A program made the translations under genes and the position numbers. A DNA stretch of 64,000 nt from Actinomycetota bacterium (GTDB taxonomy: Bacteria > Actinomycetota > Acidimicrobiia > Acidimicrobiales > JAJPHD01), in assembly GCA_021325455.1 (NCBI GenBank), contig JAJPHD010000009.1, forward strand, positions 65,792-129,791. Reading direction: 5' to 3'. Every line of letters starts with the position of its first letter. Within the stretch, counting starts at the first letter, position 1. The notes below the pieces were generated by a model. That model did no database searches and had not been told where the DNA came from. It was given only the letters and a program-made list of their open reading frames with translations. Shown here one piece after another: positions 30,148 through 39,348 of this stretch.

Positions 30148-30188
30148 AGCTCGACCCAGCGTCCTCTCAACCTGGGGTCCCCGTGGGC

Positions 30189-33002
30189 CTAGGGGTCCCG
30201 GGCCTCCACCAGCTCGCGTTCCCCGGCTCCTGAGTCAGCGCCCGGGCCCGCAGGAGGCTCGCCGGGGCCGTCCTCCCCTTCCTCGCCGCGCCGGCCCCGG
30301 GCCCTCTCCAGCAGGGGCCTGTGCTCCGGCATGGGCACTGGCCCGCGCCAGCCCATCCACACCACGCCGGCCAGGCCGGCCAGGGTGACGGCGATGCCGG
30401 CCCAGTCCCCCTTGGTCCTGCCGTAGACGAGGGAGACATGGTGGGAGCTCGGGACGACCACCATCAGGTTGGGGGTCACCCTCCAGGGGCCCCGGGCCCC
30501 GTGGGCCTGCCAGTTCGGGAAGTACGAGGTCTTGACCAGGACCGGGGTGCCCGTCCTCGTGACGTCGAAGCTGATGCGGTTGTCGCCCTGGCTGACATGG
30601 CTCACCGCTGTGGGGGGAACCGGGACCGCCGGCGTCCGCTCGTGGGCGTGCTGCCCACCCAGGTCCAGGGTGCTGGCGCGGACCCGAGGCCACGATGGGG
30701 GACCGCTCTCGGCCAGGACGACCCCCCAACGCCGGGGGTGCATGTACCAGGGGATCGAGACCTTCAGCCAGCCGGGGCCCGTCCTCGCCACCGCGGTGAG
30801 GACCACTGGTCGATGAGACAGGGGCACCACCGTCGAGGAGTCGTGGACCAGGTAGATGTCCCAGGTGCGCTTGATGGTCTTGTTGCCCACGACCGTGGGC
30901 CACGGCCCGGAGGTGGCGATCCTGGTGAGGGAAGGGTCCCGGGCGGCCTGGGCCTCGGCCTGGGGCGTGAAGGCCATGTAGTAGCGGACGCCCAGCAGCT
31001 GCAGGTGCTGGACGCCCGCGGCCACGTCCAGGGGCCCGTAGGGAAGGTTGGCCTCCGCCTCCGACGGGTGCAGGGAGAGCTCGGCCTGGTTGATGAAGTG
31101 GTAGGGGGTGGTGGCCGAGGACTCGAACAGCAGGCCCTCCATGGAATCGATGCAGCCCCGTGTCCAGAAGGGCAGGAGCATCAGGGCCATGGGCGTGCCG
31201 AGATCGTTGAGCTCGGGCCCGTACTCCCACATGGCCCGGCCGCAGCCGTACCGCTTGCCCACCCGGGCCATGGTGCGCATGAGGGCGTGGTACTCGGGCC
31301 AGGTCGACTTGCCCTGGTAGCCCGAGTAGTTCCAGCGCACCCAGTCGGGAACGAAGCTCTGCTGCACCGGGATCGGGATCCACGAGAGCCCGAGGGGCAC
31401 CACCACCACGGCTGCCGCCGCCACCCCGGCCAGGAGGGGGGTGGCCACCGCTGCCACCGGGCCCGCCCGGGTGAAGCCCCGGAGGTCCCTCCCCGCCGCC
31501 ATGTGGGCCACCGCCTCCGGCCTCCAGCGACGGGCCCGCCTGGCCAGCTTGACGAAAGGCCCGACCCCCGAGCCCTCGGCCAGGGCCACCCACAGGTCAA
31601 AGGCGGCCGGGCCCAGAGACGGCTGGCGCCGAGCGAGGTGGGCAGCCTCGCCCAAGGCCTCCTTCAGCTCGTAGGCGCGGGCCAGGTCGGGATCGAGGTC
31701 CAGGGCCACCCGGGCGGCATCCCTCTCGCCCTGACCCCAGTCAGTGGGGTCCTGGTCCAGGTCGGCCCGCTCCCTGGCCAGGGGGTCGAGGCCCTGCCTG
31801 ATGGCCTGCACCAGCTCGGGATGACCGGCGAACCGCCTCGCCACCTCGTCCCCCGTCGCCCAGAGCGCCCCCAGGGCCGCCTGGCCCAGGTTCCGGCGTC
31901 CCGGCCAGCGCGCCTTCCTGCGCCCCCACAGGTCGGCAGCCAATATCCCCAGCTCGGCCGCCGCCACCCCCGCCAGCAGGTACACGCAAAGGATCCAGAA
32001 GGGCAGCAGGCGGGCGTTGTAGAGCTTGCTCGTGGGGTCAAGGATGAACATGGCGGCGGACAGCCCCGCCATGACGATCAGGAAGGTCCCCACCCTCCGG
32101 CGCCGGACCAGGGAGATCACCGCTCCCACGGCGGCCAGGGCCACCGCCCACAGCAGGCTCTCGGGGAACATGCTGGCCACGTAGGTTGTGACCTTCTGCC
32201 AGCCCATGTTGGTCGTGTAGGGCAGCCCCAGGTAGAAGGGGATGACCCAGAACCCGGTGATGGCCACGCCTGCCGCCGCCACCGTCACCGCCCAGCGCAG
32301 GCGGTAGCGGTCCCACCGGGCCAGGACCAGCACGACAGCCCCTATCCCGGCCCAGAAGGCGGGCACGAAGTGGCACAGGGCGGACACGGCCAGAAGGAAG
32401 GCGGCCAGGGCCCGGCGCTTCCCGGTCCGCAGGCCATCGGCCACGAGGCCAAGGAACATGAGGGCAAAGGCCAGGCTGAGGGAGAAGCCGAACTCCCCGG
32501 CCAGGGTGGAGGCGATGTTGCCTCCGTAGATGGTGAAGCTCTGGTCGAAGAGGAAGGGCAGCGTGGCAGCTGCCAGGCAGGCGGGGCCGGGCCGGCGCAT
32601 ACCCGCTCCCCGCCCAAAGAGGTAGGCGCTGAGCGGCAGCAGCAGCGAGCCCGCCGCCGTGACCAGCTTGAACGCCACGTTGTAGGGGGCGACCAGGTTG
32701 AGGATGGCCACGAAGAGCGCCGGCAGCGGGAAGTAGAAGGTGTACTGGGGATAGCCGTCGTACCACCAGGGGCTCCAGCCCGTGAGGCGGAAGTGGGGGA
32801 GCAGGTGGTGCTCCATGTACCAGGGCAGGGCCACGTGGGCGCCGGTGTCACCGCCGGCGGTGGTGGTGTTGGCAAAGAGGAGAGAGGGGTCCAGCTGCCA
32901 GAAGACGAGCGCCGTGGCCCCCCCCACGACGAGGACGGTCACCAGGTCAGGGAGGCTGAGCTGCGGCAGGAGGCGGAGGGCCCGATGGCGCATCCCGCCC
33001 AT
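30189..33002 (-). CDS. Large polytopic GT-C-like membrane protein (PTPS-related/YfhO-like) with an internal ISL3-transposase-like segment
   Basis: GGDTGAH, GWSPWWYDGYPQYTFYFP, GGNIASTLAGEF, many TMs. C-terminal VLVKTSYFPNW...PNLMVV plus final TM. Start 33002 or 32993. Confidence 0.85.
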   Translation of the reverse strand: MGGMRHRALRLLPQLSLPDLVTVLVVGGATALVFWQLDPSLLFANTTTAGGDTGAHVALPWYMEHHLLPHFRLTGWSPWWYDGYPQYTFYFPLPALFVAILNLVAPYNVAFKLVTAAGSLLLPLSAYLFGRGAGMRRPGPACLAAATLPFLFDQSFTIYGGNIASTLAGEFGFSLSLAFALMFLGLVADGLRTGKRRALAAFLLAVSALCHFVPAFWAGIGAVVLVLARWDRYRLRWAVTVAAAGVAITGFWVIPFYLGLPYTTNMGWQKVTTYVASMFPESLLWAVALAAVGAVISLVRRRRVGTFLIVMAGLSAAMFILDPTSKLYNARLLPFWILCVYLLAGVAAAELGILAADLWGRRKARWPGRRNLGQAALGALWATGDEVARRFAGHPELVQAIRQGLDPLARERADLDQDPTDWGQGERDAARVALDLDPDLARAYELKEALGEAAHLARRQPSLGPAAFDLWVALAEGSGVGPFVKLARRARRWRPEAVAHMAAGRDLRGFTRAGPVAAVATPLLAGVAAAAVVVVPLGLSWIPIPVQQSFVPDWVRWNYSGYQGKSTWPEYHALMRTMARVGKRYGCGRAMWEYGPELNDLGTPMALMLLPFWTRGCIDSMEGLLFESSATTPYHFINQAELSLHPSEAEANLPYGPLDVAAGVQHLQLLGVRYYMAFTPQAEAQAARDPSLTRIATSGPWPTVVGNKTIKRTWDIYLVHDSSTVVPLSHRPVVLTAVARTGPGWLKVSIPWYMHPRRWGVVLAESGPPSWPRVRASTLDLGGQHAHERTPAVPVPPTAVSHVSQGDNRISFDVTRTGTPVLVKTSYFPNWQAHGARGPWRVTPNLMVVVPSSHHVSLVYGRTKGDWAGIAVTLAGLAGVVWMGWRGPVPMPEHRPLLERARGRRGEEGEDGPGEPPAGPGADSGAGERELVEARDP

Positions 33003-33111
33003 CCTGCCTGATCGACCCCCTGGGCGCAGATCGCCCCCCGAAACGGCACCTCCGCCCGTACCGCCCTCCCTGTCCCCGGACCGGTGCTGCCAGCGGGCAG
33101 GGGCCCCGCTG

Positions 33112-33957
33112 TCAGTGCAAGCGGGCCAGAGCCAGGGCCACCACCGTCGCGCAGTTGAAGGTGGCGTGGGCCACGATGCCAGGCCCCAGCCGGTGGAAGG
33201 CCTCGGCCAGCACACCGAGGACGAGCCCGAAGACCCCGAGCCCCAGGGCGATGATGAGCCCCTCGCCATGGGCCAGCCCGAAGGCCGCCGCCGTCGCCAC
33301 CACGGCCACCGCCGGTCCGGCCCACCGGCCCGCCACCGCCAGGCTCCGGTCCAGGGAGCGCAGGAGCAGACCTCGGAAGAACAGCTCCTCCACCACCGGT
33401 GCCCCCAGCACGATGAAGACGGCCAGCACGGCGAAGCCCGCCCCCCGGGCGTGGCCGGTGAGGGAGAGCGCAGGGTGGGACAGCACCCGGTTGAGATGGG
33501 GGAAGGAGGGCCTGAGGGGTATGTAGACCGCCGGCACCAGCACGAACTGGGATCCGAGGCCCGCCGCCACGCCGATGGGCAGGTCCGGCCAGGGCCGGAG
33601 GCGCAGGCCGAAGTCCCTGCTCAGGCGGCCCGACCCCCACGCCCGGCTCGTCACCAGGGCAGCACCGAGGAGGCCCACCCAGAGCCCGACCAGGCTGGCT
33701 ATGACCACGGCAGGCACCTGCTGGGGCCGTCCCGACGAGGTGGGGACCCCCCCGACCAAGGTCACGACGGCGACCAGGACGGCGGAGACGAGCGAGCCCA
33801 CGAAGAAGCCTGCTGCCGCCAGCAGGACCCCCCAGGGGCTGGAGCCCGGCCTGGCAAAGAGGGTGGACCGGTCCCGGTGCCTGCCAGGGGTGAGGCCGCC
33901 CTGCGGCCGCGGGGGCCGGGCGGGGGGCTCCTCCCCCGAAGCCAGGGTCCTGCTCAG
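33112..33957 (-). CDS. CPBP (CAAX/Abi) family intramembrane metalloprotease
   Basis: EELFFRG, FGLAH, AHATFN motifs. Start uncertain (CTG 33957 or GTG 34071). Confidence 0.85.
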   Translation of the reverse strand: MSRTLASGEEPPARPPRPQGGLTPGRHRDRSTLFARPGSSPWGVLLAAAGFFVGSLVSAVLVAVVTLVGGVPTSSGRPQQVPAVVIASLVGLWVGLLGAALVTSRAWGSGRLSRDFGLRLRPWPDLPIGVAAGLGSQFVLVPAVYIPLRPSFPHLNRVLSHPALSLTGHARGAGFAVLAVFIVLGAPVVEELFFRGLLLRSLDRSLAVAGRWAGPAVAVVATAAAFGLAHGEGLIIALGLGVFGLVLGVLAEAFHRLGPGIVAHATFNCATVVALALARLH

Positions 33958-34151
33958 CCCGGTCTCCGGCGGTCCTCCCGGGTCCAGCCTCTCGGCACCC
34001 GCAGGCCGTCGGCGTGGGCGGGGCACATGCCCCAGGCTAGGGGGCCGGGGCCGGGGGCATCGTCCAGCCACACCATGCGGGAGTCGTAGTCATAGGTCAG
34101 GTACGCTGAGGCCGGCGCCCCGCATCCGGGGCGAGCACAGGCGGAGGGCAC
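33954..34151 (-). CDS. DUF3499 family protein
   Basis: CARPGC...LTYDY...MCPAHA..LRVPRGW. TAGCGT 8 nt upstream. Typical position upstream of manB. Confidence 0.85.
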   Translation of the reverse strand: MPSACARPGCGAPASAYLTYDYDSRMVWLDDAPGPGPLAWGMCPAHADGLRVPRGWTREDRRRPG

Positions 34152-34261
34152 GAGCTCAAACGCTAGCCTGCACGCGGCTGCCTTCTTTTCGTATCCGGCT
34201 CATAGCTGGCCTTGACCTCCTGGGCACTGCTATGGGCCCCCCGACGCCTACCATTGTGCTC

Positions 34262-36316
34262 ATGAGTCGTCAACCACCGGACCTCCGCCCAGACCGGCCG
34301 GGCAGACCGGGCGGCGGCCCGGGAGGTCCTGGGAGCCCGGAGCAGAGCTGGCGCTGGGCCGCCTTCGTCCTCATCGGCCTGGTCATATTGGCCATCGCCG
34401 TCTCGTCCTTCCTCTCCCACACGCCGAGCACCAAGATCTCCTACAACCAGTACCTGTCCGACCTGAGCTCCCATCAGGTCTCCTCGGCCCTGGTCAACAA
34501 CGCCACGGGGCAGATCACCGGCTCCCTCAAGAACGGCACCCCCTACGTGGTGGACGGCCCCAGCCCGCTGCCCAACAGCGAGTACAACGCCCTCCACGCC
34601 AGCGGGGTCAACGTCAACTACACCACGCCGAGCCAGAACGGGCTGATCTCCAACCTCCTCTACATCGGCCTGCCGGTGGTGTTCCTCATCGCCTTCTTCG
34701 TGTGGATGAACCGCAGGGCGCAGGGTCAGATGTCGGGGATCATGTCCATCGGACGGTCCAAGGCCAAGCTGTTCAGCACCGACCGCCCCCGAACCACCTT
34801 CAACGACGTGGCTGGCTACACGGGTGTCAAGCAGGAGATCAGCGAGGTGGTGGAGTTCCTGAAGACACCCGGGCGGTTCCGGGACATCGGGGCTCGCATC
34901 CCCAAGGGGGTCCTGCTGGTCGGGCCACCGGGCACGGGCAAGACCCTGCTGGCCCGGGCCGTGGCCGGCGAGGCCGGGGTGCCCTTCATGTCCGTCAGCG
35001 GCTCGGACTTCATGGAGATGTTCGTGGGGGTGGGGGCGAGCCGGGTGCGGGACATGTTCCAGACGGCTCGCAAGCAGGCCCCCGCCATCATCTTCGTGGA
35101 CGAGATCGACTCCATCGGGCGCAAGCGCGGAGCCGGCCTGGGCGGCGGCCACGACGAGCGGGAGCAGACCCTCAACCAGATGCTGTCGGAGATGGACGGC
35201 TTCGACACCACGGAGGGGATCGTGATGATGGCCGCCACCAACCGGCCCGACATCCTGGACCCCGCCCTCTTGCGTCCCGGGCGCTTCGACCGTCAGATCG
35301 TCGTCCCCCTCCCCGACCTGGACGAGCGGCTGCCCATCCTGATCGTCCATTGCCGAGACAAGCGCATGGGCCCCGACGTGGACCTGGAGCTGGTGGCCAG
35401 GGGGACCCCCGGCATGAGCGGGGCCGACCTGGCCAACCTCGTGAACGAGGCGGCCCTCCACGCCGTGCGCCGGGGCAGCGATGCGGTGGAGATGCGGGAC
35501 TTCGAGGCGGCCCGGGACCGGGTCCTCATGGGACAGCGCCGGGACTCCCTTGTCCTCACCGAGCAGGAGAAGGAGCGGGTCGCCTACCACGAGGGTGGCC
35601 ACGCCGTGCTGGCCTACGTCCTCCCGCACGCCGACCCCCTCCACAAGGTCACCATCCTGCCCACAGGCATGGCCCTTGGCGTCACCCAGCAGCTGCCGCT
35701 GGAGGAGCGCCACATCTACCCGGCCGAGTACATCGAGGACTCCCTGGCCGTGCGCATGGGAGGCAGGGTGGCCGAGCTGCTCGTGTACAAGAACCTGTCC
35801 ACGGGGGCTGCCAACGACCTGGTCGGCAACACCGAGCTGGCCCGGAAGATGGTGCGGGAGTACGGGATGAGCTCGCGCATCGGCCCCATGGCCTGGGGTT
35901 CCCAGGGCATGGTCTTCCTGGGCGAAGACCTCATGCACTCCCGTGACTACTCGGAGGACACCAGCCGGATCATCGACGAGGAGGTGGAGCGCATCCTGCG
36001 CGAGGCCGAGGAGCGGGCTACCGAGTACCTGACCAGGCACAAGTCGGGCCTCGACGCGGTGGCCCACGCCCTGCTGGAGCGGGAGACCCTGGACGGCGAC
36101 AGCGTGGCCCGCCTGGTGGACGAGGCATACGGGCGACCGGTCCACGCCGGCGAGGAGCGCCCCCAGCCCCATCGCTTCGCCCTCCCCGAGGAGGTGGTGG
36201 GCAATGGTGCTGCCGCCCCTGCCCGCCATCCTGACGGCTCGGGGGGGACACCAGGCAACCACGTCGAGGAGAGCGGGGCGCAGCACACCGGATGGCACCG
36301 CTCCTCCGATGCCTAG
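34262..36316 (+). CDS. ftsH: ATP-dependent zinc metalloprotease FtsH
   Basis: Two TMs, [35 protein letters not shown]. Confidence 0.96.
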   Translation: MSRQPPDLRPDRPGRPGGGPGGPGSPEQSWRWAAFVLIGLVILAIAVSSFLSHTPSTKISYNQYLSDLSSHQVSSALVNNATGQITGSLKNGTPYVVDGPSPLPNSEYNALHASGVNVNYTTPSQNGLISNLLYIGLPVVFLIAFFVWMNRRAQGQMSGIMSIGRSKAKLFSTDRPRTTFNDVAGYTGVKQEISEVVEFLKTPGRFRDIGARIPKGVLLVGPPGTGKTLLARAVAGEAGVPFMSVSGSDFMEMFVGVGASRVRDMFQTARKQAPAIIFVDEIDSIGRKRGAGLGGGHDEREQTLNQMLSEMDGFDTTEGIVMMAATNRPDILDPALLRPGRFDRQIVVPLPDLDERLPILIVHCRDKRMGPDVDLELVARGTPGMSGADLANLVNEAALHAVRRGSDAVEMRDFEAARDRVLMGQRRDSLVLTEQEKERVAYHEGGHAVLAYVLPHADPLHKVTILPTGMALGVTQQLPLEERHIYPAEYIEDSLAVRMGGRVAELLVYKNLSTGAANDLVGNTELARKMVREYGMSSRIGPMAWGSQGMVFLGEDLMHSRDYSEDTSRIIDEEVERILREAEERATEYLTRHKSGLDAVAHALLERETLDGDSVARLVDEAYGRPVHAGEERPQPHRFALPEEVVGNGAAAPARHPDGSGGTPGNHVEESGAQHTGWHRSSDA

Positions 36317-36329
36317 CTGTGCGGGTGCC

Positions 36330-36578
36330 ATGAGCGATCACCGGGAGCTGGCCTCGACCCTTCGTGACGCGGCCTACACGGCCATCGGCCTGGGAGTGCT
36401 GGGCCTCCAGAGGGCCCATGTCCGCCGGCGGGAGATAGAGCGCCAGCTGGTCGAGCTCTCCCGGGACCTGGACGAGCGGGTGGCGCCCGTGCTGGACGAG
36501 CTGGAGAGGCGCCTTCCTGGCCAACTGGCAGCTGCCTTCCGCCAGGTACGCCAGCAGGTGGTGAGGAGGCCGGCCTAG
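36330..36578 (+). CDS. Small helical hypothetical protein
   Basis: DAAYTAIGLGVLGLQRAHVRRRE followed by a coiled-coil-like stretch. GC3-rich codons. Confidence 0.7.
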   Translation: MSDHRELASTLRDAAYTAIGLGVLGLQRAHVRRREIERQLVELSRDLDERVAPVLDELERRLPGQLAAAFRQVRQQVVRRPA

Positions 36579-36586
36579 CCCCTCGG

Positions 36587-37489
36587 TCAGCGGGTGACCA
36601 GGGTCTCCCTCCACTCGGCCAGCACGTCGGCCAGCGTCTGCTCCAGGCTCACTTCGGGCCGCCAGCCGGTGGCCTGCACCAACCGGCTCGGGTCCCCCCG
36701 CAGCACGGCCACGTCAGCGGGGCGCATCAGCCCCGGGTCGGGCTCCAGGCGCAGGTTGGCATCCACCAGGGCGGCCAGACGCTGCACCACCTCCTTGATG
36801 GCAACGTCCCTCCCGCTGCAGACGTTGTAGACCTGGCCCGGCTCACCTGACAGCACGAGCAGCCGGTAGGCGCGCACCACGTCCCGCACGTCGGTGAAAT
36901 CCCGGCGGGCCGACAGGTTCCCCACCTTGATCGTGGCCCGGCCCTCCCGGGACGCCTCCAGGATGCGGCGGGCCATGGCCGGCACCACGAAGTCCGGAGA
37001 CTGCCCCGGGCCGACGTGGTTGAAGGGCCGGGCCCTCAAGACCGCCAAGCCGTGGGCCAGGTGGGCCTGGACGCCGAGGAACTCCGCCGCCACCTTGCTG
37101 GCGGCATAGGGGCTCACGGGCCTGAGAGGCGAATCCTCCCCTATGGGGAGATCGGCCGGCTGGACCCGCCCGTAGACCTCGGCCGAGGAGACGAGCAGGA
37201 CCCTCGGTCGGCCCCGGCAGGCCCGTGCCGCCTCCAGCAGGGCGAGGGTCCCCAGGGCGTTGACCCGCAGCGCCTCCTCAGGGTGCTCCCAGCTCCGGCC
37301 CACATGGCTCCACGCTGCCAGGTGATAGACGGCATCGGGCTCCCAGGCGACCATCACCTCCTTCAGGGCCTCCCCACGGGTGACATCCAGGTCAGCGGGG
37401 GCCTCGGCTACCTCGTCCCCCAGGTCCCGGAGGTGGGGCACGAGCCAGCTCCCCACGAAGCCCCTGCTCCCGGTGACGAACGCCCGCAC
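36587..37489 (-). CDS. GDP-sugar extended SDR, Rmd-like (GDP-4-keto-6-deoxymannose reductase)
   Basis: TGSRGFVG, SSAEVYG, PYAASK, RPFNHVGPGQ, RRDFTDVRD. Confidence 0.8.
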   Translation of the reverse strand: MRAFVTGSRGFVGSWLVPHLRDLGDEVAEAPADLDVTRGEALKEVMVAWEPDAVYHLAAWSHVGRSWEHPEEALRVNALGTLALLEAARACRGRPRVLLVSSAEVYGRVQPADLPIGEDSPLRPVSPYAASKVAAEFLGVQAHLAHGLAVLRARPFNHVGPGQSPDFVVPAMARRILEASREGRATIKVGNLSARRDFTDVRDVVRAYRLLVLSGEPGQVYNVCSGRDVAIKEVVQRLAALVDANLRLEPDPGLMRPADVAVLRGDPSRLVQATGWRPEVSLEQTLADVLAEWRETLVTR

Positions 37490-37685
37490 CCGACCACGGT
37501 ACCCCGCCCGCGGGGAGCCACCGGACCGAGCCCGGTGGACCTGGGACCGGGCCCGGTCTCCTCGGTTCCGCGGGGTGGCCCCCAGCCAAGAGGAGAAGTG
37601 GCAGGTACGACCGACAGTGGAGGAGCTCTCCCGGTGTCCTTATGATTCAATGTGACTTCGGCACCACTAAGAGTGGAGGGTAGGG

Positions 37686-39338
37686 ATGCGGGCTCGATGG
37701 TTGGTGGCGGTCATGGCCACGGTGGGCATGAGTGGCCTCGTCGTCCCCCCGGCCTGGGCCGGCGAGGGCGTCTCCTATCAGAACCCGGTGACGGCCGATC
37801 GGCCCGTTCCCGTCCCTCCCACCCCATCGTGCACCGTGACCTTGGCCAGTGACTACGTCACCAACGCACCCTCGGGAGCGCCTCAGGACTACCAGGGGAC
37901 CTTCGATCCGCCAGCCGGTTGCCCCGGCCCTTGGGCCAAAGTGGTCCTGCACTGGACGGGCCAAGAGGCCGGCCGTCAGTACGACCGCGCTGGTGAGGTG
38001 ACCCTGGGCGGCGCCGAGATCTTCTTCACCTCCACCCCGGAGCCCGACCCAGCCGGGATCACCTGGCATGCCGAGAAGGATGTCACCGAGTACACGTCCC
38101 TCTTCACCCCCGGGCAGCCCTATACGATCAGCGTCCCCAACTACCTGAACAGCGTCGACACGGGTGTCATGCACATCTCCGTCTCGTTGACGTTCTACGA
38201 GCCCGACGCCGCCTACCCCGCACCTCGGACTCCGAACGAGGTGATCGGGTTGGGGACCCAGTACCTGGCCAGTCCTCAGGATGTGGCCACATTCCACCTC
38301 ACAGGCCTTCCGAGAAACCTCACCCGGGCATTGGTCGAGGTCTACCCCAAGGGCAATGCCTGCGACGAGTTCTGGTACGGGGGCCTTCCCAACGACTTCG
38401 TCTCCGCCCATCCCTCCGCCGGGCTATGCGGAGGAGGCCCCTACCGGGAGATCGACGTGTCCCTCGATGGGCAGCCCGCCGGAGCCACCATTCCCTTCCC
38501 GAACATATTCACCGGGGGGATCAACCCGTTGCTCTGGCGCCCCATTCCGGCAGTGGACGCCTTCAACCTGCAACCCAGGGACATCAACCTGACCCCCTTC
38601 GTCGGTCAACTCACCGACGGGGACAGCCATGCCCTCACAATGTCCATCACCAATGCCCAGTCGTACTGGTCACTCACGCCCAACCTTCTTCTCTATACCG
38701 ACCCGAGCACCAGTCAGACAACTGGAGCACTCACCGAGGACACGCTGTCCCAGCCGACCAGCATCACGGCCAGTGAACAGACCGGGGCTGGGCACGTCAA
38801 CTACACCGTAAGTGCTCGCCGCTCCGGGACGCTCTCGGGGTGGGTGCAAACCCCGAGTGGACGGGTCACGACCACCATAACCACGAGCCTCAGCTTCGCC
38901 AACACCAACGTCTTCGAGCTCCGGAACTACCGCCAGCAGACGACGAGCAATCAAACCCTCGAGACCGTCACCACCACCCAGGGTCCCAGCGGCACCGAGG
39001 TGAGCATCACCAAGGAGCAGGACCCCCTCACCGCAGTGGAGATGTTCCAACAGCCGACCAGGACGAACTGGTTCCTGTTGCCTGCCCATGTCGTGGCATC
39101 GAAGACGGTGGTCACCTCGCAGTCCGAGAATGGGACCCTCGTCTTCGCCAGCCGGCTGGCCAACACCACCTCGGGGTCGGGCGTCCTGTCAGAGTACGAC
39201 AGCGGCCAGTACCGCCTGGCCAACGGGACGGACCGCCAGACCTATGAGTACAGCGACTCGACGGGCGTGTGCTACGACCACCGCATCACCGCCGCACAGG
39301 GCTCTGTGACCTCGGACCGCCTGAGCACCAGCTGCTGA
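37686..39338 (+). CDS. Secreted peptide-N4-(N-acetyl-beta-glucosaminyl)asparagine amidase (PNGase A family)
   Basis: Signal peptide ending AWA, GRQYDR, TSTPEP, CDEFWY, GGGPYRE, FTGGINPLLWRPIP. TATGAT and GGAGG upstream. Confidence 0.9.
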   Translation: MRARWLVAVMATVGMSGLVVPPAWAGEGVSYQNPVTADRPVPVPPTPSCTVTLASDYVTNAPSGAPQDYQGTFDPPAGCPGPWAKVVLHWTGQEAGRQYDRAGEVTLGGAEIFFTSTPEPDPAGITWHAEKDVTEYTSLFTPGQPYTISVPNYLNSVDTGVMHISVSLTFYEPDAAYPAPRTPNEVIGLGTQYLASPQDVATFHLTGLPRNLTRALVEVYPKGNACDEFWYGGLPNDFVSAHPSAGLCGGGPYREIDVSLDGQPAGATIPFPNIFTGGINPLLWRPIPAVDAFNLQPRDINLTPFVGQLTDGDSHALTMSITNAQSYWSLTPNLLLYTDPSTSQTTGALTEDTLSQPTSITASEQTGAGHVNYTVSARRSGTLSGWVQTPSGRVTTTITTSLSFANTNVFELRNYRQQTTSNQTLETVTTTQGPSGTEVSITKEQDPLTAVEMFQQPTRTNWFLLPAHVVASKTVVTSQSENGTLVFASRLANTTSGSGVLSEYDSGQYRLANGTDRQTYEYSDSTGVCYDHRITAAQGSVTSDRLSTSC

Positions 39339-39348
39339 GGCGCTCGCC

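Noticed and set aside
31400-32000. Intact ISL3 insertion sequence
   Set aside because: No DDE catalytic motifs, zinc finger, terminal inverted repeats or target duplication are visible. Only a domain-sized in-frame segment is present.
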